NCBI GenBank assembly: GCA_950097015.1
Contig: CATNEN010000001.1
Coordinates: 8,928,001-8,992,000, forward strand
Source of the DNA: Macrostomum hystrix
Taxonomy: Eukaryota > Animalia > Platyhelminthes
Length of the DNA: 64,000 nt
Direction: 5' to 3'
Below are positions 11,801 through 24,518 of this stretch, piece after piece; within the stretch, counting starts at the first letter, position 1; every line of letters begins with the position of its first letter. The notes below the pieces were generated by a model, which saw nothing but the letters and a program-made list of their open reading frames with translations, was not told where the DNA came from and did not search any database. The position numbers and the translations under genes are program-made.

Positions 11801-14800
11801 AGTTTTGTGCTGTTAAATCCCTAAATCCTTCTCGATACATGTTGGGATTCTCAAATCCCAACATTCCAAAATCCTTCTCGATCTCATTCTCTTTCTAATC
11901 TCCAGGATTATTTAATCCTAACATCCAATCATCTCCAGAATTCTCGAATCCTAAATCATTTTTAATCCCCAGGATTCACGAATCCCAAATCCTTTTTAAT
12001 CCCCAGGATTCTCGAATCTAAAATCATTTTTAATCCCCCGGATTCTCGAATCCCAAATTATTTTAATCCCCAGGATTCTCGAATCCCAAATCCTTTTTAA
12101 TCTCCAGGATTCTCGAATCCCAAATCCTTTTTAATCGCCAGCATTCTCAAATCCAAAATCCTTTTTAATCGCAAGCATTCTCAAATCCAAAATCCTTTTT
12201 AATCGCCAGGATTCTCAAATCCAAAATCCTTTTTAATTCCCAGGATTCTCGAATCCCAAATCATTTTTAATCCCCAGGATTCTCGAATATCAAATCATTT
12301 TTAATCCCAGGATTCTCGAATCTCAAATCAAATCCCAAAATCCAATCGAACCCCTAGAATAAATCCCAAAATTCTTCTAGGTTATTCTCAAATCTCAAAA
12401 TCCTTGTTGATCTCCCGAGTTCTTAAGCCCCCTAAATCCTTCTCGATGTCAAATGATTATCAAATCCTTATTGATCTCTAAGTTTCCAAAATCACAAAAT
12501 CCCAAAAAAATCTCCAGGATTTTCGAATCCTAAAACCCTTTGGACAAACTATTCCTACCACCCTCTATACTCTATACCCTTTATACCAATTATATCATTC
12601 TTAAATCCTGGATATCTTAATATCGAAAATGTAAATTCTTCCTAATTCTGAAATCCCCTAAAATCCCATCGCATCCCTACCTGAGCCTTGCACAGACGCA
12701 GCGCGGATGAGAATGCCTGGGCCCTACTAAAATAATGCACAGCTCTACTGGCGTCTCCCGTGGACTCGAAATGGCGAGCGAGGTAGCAGCAGGCGGCCGA
12801 GTCGCCTGTCATGTTGCACAGCTCCACAGCCGCTTCCTCCTTTAAAAAATTGGGATTAGCGATGAGAACGAAAGGTATTACGCTTTTAAAGTTTGCGTAA
12901 ATCACAGGAGTTCACTTTAATTGAATCCAATCGACGAAATAAAAAAACACCTTTAAAGCCACTGGCTAAGTTAATTAAAACCACTGGCAAAATGTTCTAA
13001 GTATATTAAATTCTTAGAAATAACGTAAATAATGAATATATTCTTAAAAACATTCGATTTATTTCCTAGAAATGAAAAAAATATTTCGCGATCAATACTC
13101 TAAGAAATCACTCGATCAACATTCTCAGAAATCACTTAATCAATATTCTCAGAAATCACTTAATCAATATTCTCAGAAATCACTCGATCAACATTCTTAG
13201 AAATCAGTCGATCACGTGATAAAAAATTTCTATAGTCACGTGACGAATTTTTTTATCACGTGACAAATCTTCAGCAATTTCACGTGACCAAATACTAAAA
13301 AAAACACGAGACCAATTCGCTAACTTATCCTTGACTCACCTCGCCCATATGACATCGCAGTTTGACCATGCTGTGATAATCCTTGGCGGCCTCATAAAAC
13401 TGCATGGCGCCGTTGAAATCGCCGGAGCTTTCTAAAAACAGGGCGAACCATTTGTTTAACTGCGGATCCTGCATCCGACGAACGAAAGCTTCAAGTTCGT
13501 GCGGCCTATCGCACAGCATTCGCGGCACCTCGGTGCGATGAGTATCGGCTAACAGGTACTCCTGAACAGCCTGAGTATAGTGTCCAACTGATTCCAGGTG
13601 TTTGGCAAATTCGTGATGCGTCGCACGAAGGCTCATTCTATCGAATTTCTCCGCAACGTCTATGGCCTTCTCCCATTGGCCCTCGGCTCTGTAGAATCCG
13701 GCTAGCAAGTCGAAGCGTTGGGCAGATTTTAACAGCCTCTCGGCTTCATCTCTCATGCCGAGCTGGGCGGCTAGCATGGCGAGGACAACGTCAGGATTGC
13801 CGTCAGACACTTTCTGAGCGTGGCGAAGCATCATGGCGCCGCGGGCGTGGCCCATTTTGCCGAGGCAGACGGATGTGACGTCAAGGCGACGGGTTTTTAC
13901 GCACATTCTGGCCATGTTCTGCCACACAGACTCAGACTTGATCAGCTTCATGGCCTGGGTGTGGCAAATATTTGAGTAGTAGACTCACTAACTAACAGGT
14001 AGACTCACTAACTAACAGGTAGACTCACTGACTAACAGGTAGACTCACTAACTAACAGGTAGACTCACTAACTAACAGGTAGACTCACTAACTAACAGGT
14101 AGACTCAATAACTAAAAGGTAGACTCACTAACTAACAGGTAGACTCACTAACTAACAGGTAGATTCACTGACTAACAGGTAGACTCACTGACTAACAGGT
14201 AGACTCACTAACTAACAGGTAGACTCACTAACTAACAGGTAGACTCACTAACTAACAGGTAGACTCAATAACTAACAGGTAGACTCAATAACTAACAGGT
14301 AGACTCACTGACTAACAGGTAGACTCACTGACTAACAGGTAGACTCACTAACTAACAGGTAGACTCACTAACTAACAGGTAGACTCACTAACTAACAGGT
14401 AGACTCACTGACTAACAGGTAGACTCACTGACTAACAGGTAGACTCACTGACTAACAGGTAGACTCACTAACTAACAGGTAGACTCACTAACTAACAGGT
14501 AGACTCACTAATTAACAGGTAGATTCACTGACTAAAAGGTAGACTCACTAACTAACAGGTAGACTCACTAACTAACAGGTAGACTCACTAACTAACAGGT
14601 AGACTCACTAACTAACAGGTAGACTCACTAACTAACAGGTCGACTCACTAACTAACAGGTAGACTCACTAATTAACAGGTAGACTCACTAACTAACAGGT
14701 AGACTCAATAACTAACAGGTCGACTCACTAACTAACAGGTAGACTCACTAATTAACAGGTAGACTCACTAACTAACAGGTAGATTCACTGACTAACAGGT

Positions 14801-17800
14801 AGACTCACTAACTAACAGGTAGACTCACTAACTAACAGGTAGACTCACTAACTAACAGGTAGACTCACTAACTAACAGGTCGACTCACTAACTAACAGGT
14901 AGACTCACTAATTAACAGGTAGACTCACTAACTAACACGTAGACTCACTGACTAACAGGTAGACTCACTAACTAACAAGTAGACTCACTAACTAACAGGT
15001 AGACTCACTAACTAACAGGTAGACTCAATAACTAACAGGTAGACTCACTGACTAACAGGTAGACTCACTAACTAACAGGTAGACTCACTAACTAACAGGT
15101 AGACTCACTAACTAACAGGTAGACTCAATAACTAACAGGTAGACTCACTAACTAACAGGTAGACTCACTAACTAACAGGTAGACTCACTGACTAACAGGT
15201 AAGACTCACTGACTAACAGGTAGACTCACTAACTAACAGGTAGACTCACTAACTAACACGTAGACTCACTGACTAACAGGTAGACCCACTAACTAACAGG
15301 TAGACTCACTAACTAACAGGTAGACTCACTAACTAACAGGTAGACTCACTAACTAACAGGTAGACTCACTAACTAACAGGTAGACTCACTAACTAACAGG
15401 TAGACTCACTAATTAACAGGTAGACTCACTAACTAACAGGTAGACTCACTAACTAACAGGTAGACTCACTAACTAACAGGTAGACTCACTAATTAACAGG
15501 TAGACTCACTAACTAACAGGTAGACTCACTAATTAACAGGTAGACTCACTAACTAACAGGTAGACTCACTAACTAACAGGTAGACTCACTGACTAACAGG
15601 TAAGACTCACTGACTAACAGGTAGACTCACTAACTAACAGGTAGACTCACTGACTAACAGGTAGACTCACTAACTAACAGGTAGACTCAATAACTAACAG
15701 GTAGACTCACTAACTAACAGGTAGACTCACTAACTAACAGGTAGACTCAATAACTAACAGGTAGACTCACTAACTAACAGGTAGACTCACTAACTAACAG
15801 GTAGACTCAATAACTAACAGGTAGACTCACTAACTAACAGGTAGACTCACTAACTAACAGGTAGACTCACTAACTAACAGGTAGACTCAATAACTAACAG
15901 GTAGACTCACTAACTAACAGGTAGACTCACTAACTAACAGGTAGACTCACTAACTAACAGGTAGACTCACTAACTAACAGGTAGACTCACTAACTAACAG
16001 GTAGACTCACTAACTAACAGGTAGACTCACTGACTAACAGGTAAGACTCACTGACTAACAGGTAGACTCACTAACTAACAGGTAGACTCACTGACTAACA
16101 GGTAGACTCACTAACTAACAGGTAGACTCACTAACTAACAGGTAGACTCAATAACTAACAGGTAGACTCACTAACTAACAGGTAGACTCACTAACTAACA
16201 GGTAGACTCAATAACTAACAGGTAGACTCACTAACTAACAGGTAGACTCACTAACTAACAGGTAGACTCAATAACTAACAGGTAGACTCACTAACTAACA
16301 GGTAGACTCACTAACTAACAGGTAGACTCACTAACTAACAGGTAGACTCAATAACTAACAGGTAGACTCACTAACTAACAGGTAGACTCACTAACTAACA
16401 GGTAGACTCACTAACAAACAGGTAGACTCACTAACTAACAGGTAGACTCACTAACTAACAGGTAGACTCACTAACAAACAGGTAGACTCACTAACTAACA
16501 GGTAGACTCACTAACTAACAGGTAGACTCACTAACTAACAGGTAGACTCACTGACTAACAGGTAGACTCAATAACTAACAGGTAGACTCAATAACTAACA
16601 GGTAGACTCACTAACTAACAGGTAGACTCACTAACAAACAGGTAGACTCACTAACTAACAGGTAGACTCACTGACTAACAGGTAGACTCACTAACTAACA
16701 GGTAGACTCACTAACTAACAGGTAGACTCACTAACTAACAGGTAGACTCACTAACAAACAGGTAGACGTACAGGTATGCATCAAGTTATATAAAAATCAC
16801 TTATCCCTAAAAAAGTGGCTCACCTTAAACGCTTCGTCAATATTTCCAATAGTCAAGTAGAATGAGAAGTCCAACATAGCCTCCTTGGAGTTCTTGTCGC
16901 TCTCCTCTAGGCCGACAAAATCTCTCATGGTCCTCTTGGCAACGTACTGCTGGTGAGAGCTCAGGGTTGCTGAATGCGACTTATCCAGCTGATCCGTCTT
17001 CGCCACCATGTCGGGCCTCACAGTGAAGTAATAGTACGGAGTGTCCACTCTAAGCAGGCTGCTATAGGATTGGTGCATGGAGAACGAGTCCTGCACCCAT
17101 AGGCCGTGATCGGACGAGTAGAAAACCGATATGATCATGCGTTCGGCCTGCGGAATTCAGAAACATAATTTTAATTACATTTTTAGTGATCTCAAACTGT
17201 CCAGTGAAGATTGTGAAAATCAAAAGGGATAATTGAGCACTATGACCAATGAATATTTAGGAATCAATGATTATTATGAGCAATAAACACTAAGGAATCA
17301 TAGAGGATTATGAGTAATAAATATTGAGGGATCATAGAGGATTATGACCAATAAATATTGAGGGATCATAGAGGATTATGACCAATAAATATTGAGGGAT
17401 CATAGAGGATTATGACCAATAAATATTGAGGGATCATAGAGGATTATGACCAATAAATATTGAGGGATCATAGAGGATTATGACCAATAAATATTGAGGG
17501 ATCATAGAGGATTATGACCAATAAATATTGAGGGATTATAGAAGATTATGACCAATAAATATGGAGGGATCATAGAGGATTATGACCAATAAATATTGAG
17601 GGATCATAGAGGATTATGACCAATAAATATTGAGGGATTATAGAGGATTATGACCAATAAATATTGAGGGATTATAGAGGATTATGACCAATAAATATGG
17701 AGGGATTATAGAGGATTATGACCAATAAATATTGAGGGATCATAGAGGATTATGACCAATAAATATTGAGGGATCATAGAGGATTATGACCAATAAATAT

Positions 17801-20800
17801 TGAGGGATTATAGAGGATTATGACCAATAAATATTGAGGGATCATAGAGGATTATGACCAAAAAATATTGAGGGATCATAGAGGATTATGAGCAATTCAT
17901 TGTGGAGGGTTCATAAAGGATTATAAAAAATGTTTTAGTGAAAAATAAACGACTAAAGAGATTGTTAAAACTGTTGGTGAAAATTCTTGACCACCCGTTA
18001 CCAATGAAACGCATGGAGGCGGTACATAGGTTTCAGTGAATAATTACCTCATCGGGCATCACCTTATCATGGTTAGTAATGTTCAGCTGCTCCAACACTT
18101 CTTCGTGTGGAGTTAGTTTGCCTTCAATAACTAGCAGGCGACTGTCCAATGCATCCCAGTGGTGGCTGATTGGATAGCGACCAGATAGGTCTCGCGCTTG
18201 CGCCTCCTTGTCACTGGAAGTCGAATTAAAAGTGTGATTTTTAATATTAAACATTTCTTGAACAGCTTTGCCTACAATCCTGCATCAGCAATAAAGAGCT
18301 CACATTTAGATTTGGAGTCTTCTAGAAGGATTTCCCTAAAGGGATTTCCCTAAATGGATTTCCCAAAAGGGATTTCCCAAAAGGGATTTCCCTAAAGGGA
18401 TTTCCCAAAAGGGATTTCCCTAAAGGGATTTCCCAAAAGGGATTTCCCTAAAGGGATTAAAGTTTTTTTCAAAAAATCTTTCAGAACACAATCAAAATCT
18501 CACCGATCAATATTTCTGTCATTTTCGTCGTGCTCAGAGCGGCCAGTGCGCAAATTGAAATAAGTGACCGTGTCCATCTCGACGTCCCAGATGTAGACGC
18601 GCGGATCAACGGTGAGGTCGTCTAGGACGCAGACAACGCTGACGCAGGTGCCAGTCGAGTTGACAGCCACTGACTGGATGGTGGCGTGTCTCGGCACGTG
18701 CTCGCTGATAAATTTTTCTCCGCCGTGCGCCTTGGCTTCTCGTCGGCTCAGATCGAACAGTCGAATCACTCCGCGGCTTGAACCGGCCACCAGGGTGTGA
18801 CCGTTGATTGTGAAACACAGAGGCTCGCCGTGGTTGTCACTGAAGGCCAACTGCTGCTTCACTGTGCCCTGGACGTTGGCGAGGGTTGGATTGGGCGACG
18901 GTAGATTGTTAAATAGGAGAGGGAAGATAGGAGAGGGAAGATAGGAGAGGGTAGATAGTAGAGAGTAGATAGGCGAGGGTAGATAGGAAAGGGTTGATAG
19001 GAGAGGGTAGATAGGAAAGGGTAGATATGAGAGGGTAGATAAGAAAGGGTAGATATGAGAGGGTAGATTCGAGAGGGTAGATATGAGAGGGTAGATTCGA
19101 GAGGGTAGATAGGAGAGGGTAGATACGAGAGGGTAGATACGAGAGGGTAGATATGAGTGGGTAGATATGAGAGGGTTGATAGGAGAGGGTAGATATGAGA
19201 GGATAAATAGGAGTGGGAAGATAGGAGATGGTAGATAGGAGAGGGTAGATAGGAGAGTAGGAGTAGGGAAATCCCATAGTGAAGGCCAATCAGAAGCAGC
19301 ACTCACCTGCAGAGTCCGCACTTGTATCTTGTTAGTCTCAGAGGTGTACACATTCTGGTCGTAGATGTCAATCTGACTGGCCTCGCACTGGTATTGTCCC
19401 ACCTGTTTCAGCAAGCTGTTAGCTGACACAGCCGTGTCGGCGCCAACCGTCGGTGACAGAAGTTCGTAGGAGGTGACGGAACGCCCGTCTGAGCAGACAA
19501 GATGAACGCCCGTGGTTCGAACCTGGCGCAGTCTAGATTCCATTTTTAATTCGGTAAATAGATTCGAATTAAAATTGGCTAAATAGAGAGAGCTTGGACC
19601 GGTTTGAACAGCACACAATCCGTTGCCATAGTGACAGCTGGCTAGCTGTTCGTTAACAATGTACACATCTGAGACGGCGTTCAGTCCCAGCAGTTGGTCC
19701 GAGGTGCCCCAGGTCAGCTGACTGACATTCGATCTGACGAATAGCGGCGGCTGCAGCTGCCACTCCTCTTCCGGTTCGTGCGGAGCCGAGCCGTGGATTG
19801 GGTGATACTTCCAGAATGCCAACTGGCCTGTCTGGGTGCCGGCAGCCAGCACCTGCGGATGGTAGGTGGGCAGATATGAGATGGTAGGTGGGGAGATATG
19901 AGATGGTAGGTGGGGAGATATGAGATGGTAGGTTAGGGGATATGAGATGGTAGGTGGGGAGGCATGAGATGGTAGGTGGGTAGGCATGAGATGGTAGGTT
20001 AGGGGATATGAGATGGTAGGTGGGGAGGCATGAGATGGTAGGTGGGGAGGCATGAGATGGTTGGTTAGGGGATATGAGATGGTAGGTGGGGAAATATGAG
20101 ATGGTAGGTGGGAAGATATGAGATGGTATGTGGGGAGACATGAGATGGTAGGTGGGGAGATATGAGATGGTAGGTGGGGAGATATGAGATGGTAGGTGGG
20201 GAGATATGAGATAATAGGTGGGGAGATATGAGATGGTAGGTGGGGAGATATGAGATGGTTGGTTAGGGGATATGAGATGGTAGGTGGGGAGATATGAGAT
20301 GGTAGGTTGATAGTGAACGGAAGCTATTGAGTGTCTTGCTAAAAGACACAACTAGTAACAGAAGAATCAGGAATCGAACCCCCGACCTTCAAGTGAGTCC
20401 GAATAAAATAGCCATATTTGACAAATATGTAATCAGACCTGCTTCTTAGCCGAATAAGCGATAGAAGTGACCTGCACATTGGGATCATAACCCATGCCGT
20501 CCTGCATAGCCAGAGTATAATTATCCTCGGTGGCAATGTCCCAGAACCGAACCATGCTCTCGCCGACAGCCATAGCCAGCAAGGTCTTGCCGGCCCAGAT
20601 GATGTCAGGCTTGGGACTGCGGCAGGCCAGTTTAAATTTAGTCAACTCCCTGGCGGAGCCGTTTGGCGAGATGCTGTGCTGGCAAAGCGAGCCGCTGTCT
20701 GTGACGCTGATCAACAAGTTGCGCTTCTGATGATACAACAGACGCTTGACGGCTCCTTCGGTGTTGAATAATAGTTCGCAACGACCGTGCTCGTCTAGAT

Positions 20801-22744
20801 AGTGCACTGAGCCGTTCAGGGTACCGACAAAGAAGCAGTTGGCTTCAATTGGGCCGGCGTGACCCGTCATGGTGGCTCCGCCGGCGGGGTGGCCGCCGCG
20901 ACTGGCGCCCGCGTTGTGGGAGGTGAACAAGTCGAGGGCGCGCTCGTCTCCGCTGACTGCCAGCTTGGCCAGAGTAGACAGGTCGCTGCGAGGACGAGGG
21001 TTCGATTCGGAAGGTAAGGCAACGCGCGGCATGTTTGACAGATGGATAGAGCTTGTGTACGTAATAAAAATAGTAATTCATTACACCTGCCCCAATAGGG
21101 CCGGATGTGCAGCCGACAGCCCAGCCGCAGCTATTGCGCGGCGCATCTGAAGGCTGCGTACGGCTGTTCAGTCCATGGACTGGGGACGACGCCACAACCA
21201 CCCTCAAATTACCCCTGCTGATGCTGGCACCCATTTAACAGCTGAGTGAACTGAATCAATACAGAGTTAAGTATCTAGCTAAAGGACAAAAATTGTTCCA
21301 GTGGAGTCGAGAATCGAACCCCCGACCTTCAAGCCGTGAGTCCGACGCTCTAACCACAAGGCTACGACCTTTCCCCACCTGACAAAAAATCACTCACAGG
21401 CCATCTTCACTGCCGCTCACTGGCTGCAACAGGATGGACACAACTGCGCTGGTCACCTTAGCCGTGTAGTTTGGGGCCGGCTGAGGCTTGCCCTTCATGT
21501 CCAGCTTCCATTGGTAGAGGGTGCCAAACTAACAAATTAATGAAACATTATCAATATCAATATTCATATATAAAGGACCGATTTTAATTTGAAAAATACT
21601 GATTATAACAAAACTGAAAAATAGTCTCACATTGTCTCCAGTAAGCAGGCGAATACCTTTACCATTGAAGGCCAGTTCTCTAATTTCTGATTTGTGAATT
21701 GGCGCGAATTCAAACAGTTGTTTTTCGCGCTCATTCCAGACTGTAGCCTCGCCACTCTCCCAGCCGCAAACCAGGATTGGCTTCACTGGGTGCCAGGCGA
21801 TACAGGTGGGTGCGCATGGCTTTGCCATCTCAGAGTCTGTGATTCGCTCACCCTATGAAATAATTTAAATATTGAGTTATACAAAAGGCTACAAAAGGTT
21901 GAATATATGTTTGAGACTGAATGGCAGGCTCTTATTACAATTTTTTTACTTAAGAAAAAGTAAAATACAAAAAGTAACTAATTTCATCAAACTGGTATTA
22001 TAAAAAAACGAATTTTAGTTGATATACTCAAGGAAAAAGTAAGCGTTTAAATAAAAGAAAAAGAACATGAAAAAATGTAATTTAAAGAAATAATATTTTT
22101 GTAAAAACCTAAAGAAATATATAACTTAGCTGTACTTTCTTTTGATTTAATTAAAGACAAAATAAAACTGGAAGAAAGCTAGATTTTTTAGACTGTAGTA
22201 TGTTAGTGATTATATGTTTGGATAAATAATTATTATATGAATATAAATAAATACATTTAAATATAAAATACTAAAAAATATATTTTTCAATTTTTGTTGA
22301 ACTATTCTAAGCTTCAAAAGCACCTCAAAATATATGTACAGTGCACACAAAATTCCCAAATAACAAAAAAACTAGTAAGTGTTTTAGAATTTTAGTTTCT
22401 GATACTTATGGCCCAACTCGAAGCAAATTAACTATAAATGCGACTATGGAATCCAACTACAAGTGCACTAATTCCACAACATTGTTCTACTTTTGCAGTC
22501 CAAAAATGAATAAACTTGAAACAGCGCAAGAGGTTTAGAATTTGAGTAAATTTACCAAACACTTCATCGTAGTAGATATCAAACTCAGACGAATAAAACA
22601 TACCTCATCTTTAAAGAATAGTACTGCTCCTCCGACATTTGAATCGTACGTTGCCACAGCTAAATATTTCAGCTTTTCGTGCCATGCTATGCAAACTATG
22701 TTTCCTTTGTTGATTTTAATTTTTTGATCAAAGTAAATCGACAT
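8872..22744 (-). CDS. IFT140: Intraflagellar transport protein 140 (IFT-A; WD40 + TPR), 14 exons
   Basis: Phase-consistent GT-AG exons: 22744-22604, 21852-21631, 21528-21398, 20985-20439, 19852-19307, 18868-18504, 18213-18048, 17147-16824, 13954-13340, 12839-12681, 11780-11037, 10142-10000, 9920-9776, 9078-8872. Recognisable motifs: [72 protein letters not shown]. Confidence 0.96.
9110..9765. repeat. 40-bp minisatellite, IFT140 intron 13
   Basis: (ATTGCTAGTCTAGCCTCCAATGAGTCAAGGAATACAATGG)n, with variant units in blocks. Confidence 0.95.
10420..11005. repeat. ~20-bp minisatellite, IFT140 intron 11
   Basis: (GATTCCAAGAAACTCTGAA)n with higher-order duplication. Confidence 0.9.
11840..12330. 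repeat. ~38-bp minisatellite, IFT140 intron 10
   Basis: (CAGGATTCTCGAATCCCAAATCCTTTTTAATCCC)-like units. Confidence 0.85.
13981..16767. repeat. 20-bp minisatellite (AGACTCACTAACTAACAGGT)n filling IFT140 intron 8
   Basis: About 2.8 kb, roughly 139 near-identical units. Confidence 0.98.
17310..17900. repeat. 32-bp minisatellite, IFT140 intron 7
   Basis: (ATAGAGGATTATGACCAATAAATATTGAGGGATC)-like units. Confidence 0.92.
18325..18458. repeat. Short minisatellite (AAAGGGATTTCCCT), IFT140 intron 6
   Basis: Tandem, semi-palindromic units. Confidence 0.85.
18915..19265. repeat. 16-bp minisatellite (GAGAGGGTAGATAGGA), IFT140 intron 5
   Basis: Tandem repeat. Confidence 0.9.
19857..20310. repeat. ~23-bp minisatellite (GAGATGGTAGGTGGGGAGATAT), IFT140 intron 4
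   Basis: Tandem repeat running up to the splice acceptor. Confidence 0.9.
21062..21370 (-). mobile_element. tRNA-derived SINE (Nin/Deu-domain-like core) in IFT140 intron 3; partial copy at ~20320-20400
   Basis: On the minus strand: A box TAGCCTTGTGGTTAG, B box GGTTCGATTC, core TGTCCTTTAGCTAGATACTTAAC...CAGCTGTTAAATGGGTGCC, and an AT-rich tail. Confidence 0.7.
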
Positions 22745-23494
22745 GGTTAATAAGGTACTTAGTTATATTGCGATTGTTCTGCCTGATGAATGACCGACAT
22801 TAAATGGAGAAATATGCGCGGTTTAAATTATGGAATGCCGTATCAAATGTAAATAACTGTTTTCTAGAACTTGTGCGAATTAAAACAAATCTGAAGAAAA
22901 TGTAGTCAACTTAAATAAATAACCAACAGAAAAAAATTAACGCCTTTTACAATAATAACTGCCAACATAAGTAAGTAAGAAACATACTGCTTGCTATTAT
23001 TTGCTCTATGTTCATCCTAAACACCAACAATGAGAAAATTACGACTATCACGTCGAGCTAGATACGTTAAGCCACAGATATAAAAACTTTTTACATTTTC
23101 CCGCTTAAAGTTAATTATGACACTAGCATTCCTTTCTGTAAAGTTCAACATCACCCGCGAGAAACATAAAAACTGATAATTTGCGATCTTAAAAAACCTT
23201 TCATGAGTATAGTTTTACATGCTCTGCTGCTAAAGAAACTTCTAGGAATCACGCTTGGATATTTCTCAAAAAAAATTGTGCAAATATATCTGCTGTTTTT
23301 TCCATAAATTTTTTCATTCCTTAGCTTAGCTTTCGAGTTACCAAAGGGAAAGGCTGATGTCTGAAATACTTATCATACTATTGTAAGCAGCAGAAATCAT
23401 AGAAACTGAAAAGATCACCACCATGCAATGATCGTCGTTGAACGAAATCACTATATGTGACCATCTGTTCAATGCGTGCACTCAATGCAAGTCT

Positions 23495-23605
23495 CCGTTG
23501 GCCGAGCCCTGAGCCTGAGCTCAGCCCGCAACCGAGCCCGCCGGGGCCGTGTTCTGATTGGCCCGACCTTGACAGTAAGCCAATTCAGGGCGGAGGGGTG
23601 GGTGT
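23495..23605. promoter_or_regulatory. Candidate IFT140 promoter island
   Basis: GC-rich patch in AT-rich DNA, with ATTGG (23557), CCAAT (23580) and GGGCGG (23588), about 0.8 kb upstream of the ATG. Confidence 0.4.
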
Positions 23606-24518
23606 GATCAATAATCATTATTAACATTTTAAGTTTCCAGAAATACTTTTAAGACTAAAATAACATTTGGAAGGTGCTAGGGGCTTTCTGAAAATAAAAA
23701 CTGACATTTAGAGGTGAAACACAAGTCAACAAGAACCAGAGTGAACCAGAACCAATGGGATGCGGTGTAGGGGTGGGTGTTTTGAGTTTTCCGTGTTATA
23801 ATTCACCTCATGATGTGTTCCCGGCTTCCCATGCCACTTTAACATCTGCCTCAAAATTGACTGAAGGTAAAACTGTCAGGCTAATAGGGTAATAAAAAAG
23901 TTATTACCTATATTTTCCGTTAATCACGCCAGTAAAAGCCTTAACTTTGGGAAAAGTACATTAGACGTTCAAAATACTCTCAATGATAATGATTGTAATT
24001 AGACAAGACGTTTTTAATTAGGGCCAGTAATTTAGTAGTTATCAGAATGTATTAAAGGTAGTCAGATTAGCAACAGCTGCTTTTTTATTCATGGAAGAAT
24101 ACTCAAGTTATACTCGTAGTTGTTCTTGCTCCATGTTGGAATACGACGAGGTCAGATTAATTTGCAACATTGTCTACCTACTTTATGCGTGCCAAATATT
24201 TTCCGAACTTGAGTCATAGATGAAGCAGCCCGTACTACTAGCATCTCGGCCTATTTAATTGAAATATTTAAGTAATAAATAAGAAAATAAGATAATGTAC
24301 GAGTAATAAAAGTGACAACACAAATCACACGAATGGTATCGCATACAGGACACACACGGGGCACTGTAAAGTAACAGTTTAACTAGAGGCATGAGTACAA
24401 TAAATCAATTGTCGACTCGTAAGATTATTTGGACATACATATTATATATAAGAAGTATTTGACGACTTAAATATCATCACGGCGTCAAAGCATATAACAT
24501 GCAAACGAAGCAATGAAA

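Noticed and set aside
13981-16767. CRISPR-like appearance of the regular repeats
   Set aside because: There are no unique spacers and no cas genes; this is a eukaryotic intron.
18500-20351. 517-aa ORF and neighbouring YPLLSTLS / PPTISY ORFs as stand-alone proteins
   Set aside because: They are read-through of IFT140 exons 5-6 into stop-free intronic minisatellites.
21300-21370. tRNA gene
   Set aside because: A and B boxes are present, but the sequence continues into a SINE body, so it is called a SINE head.
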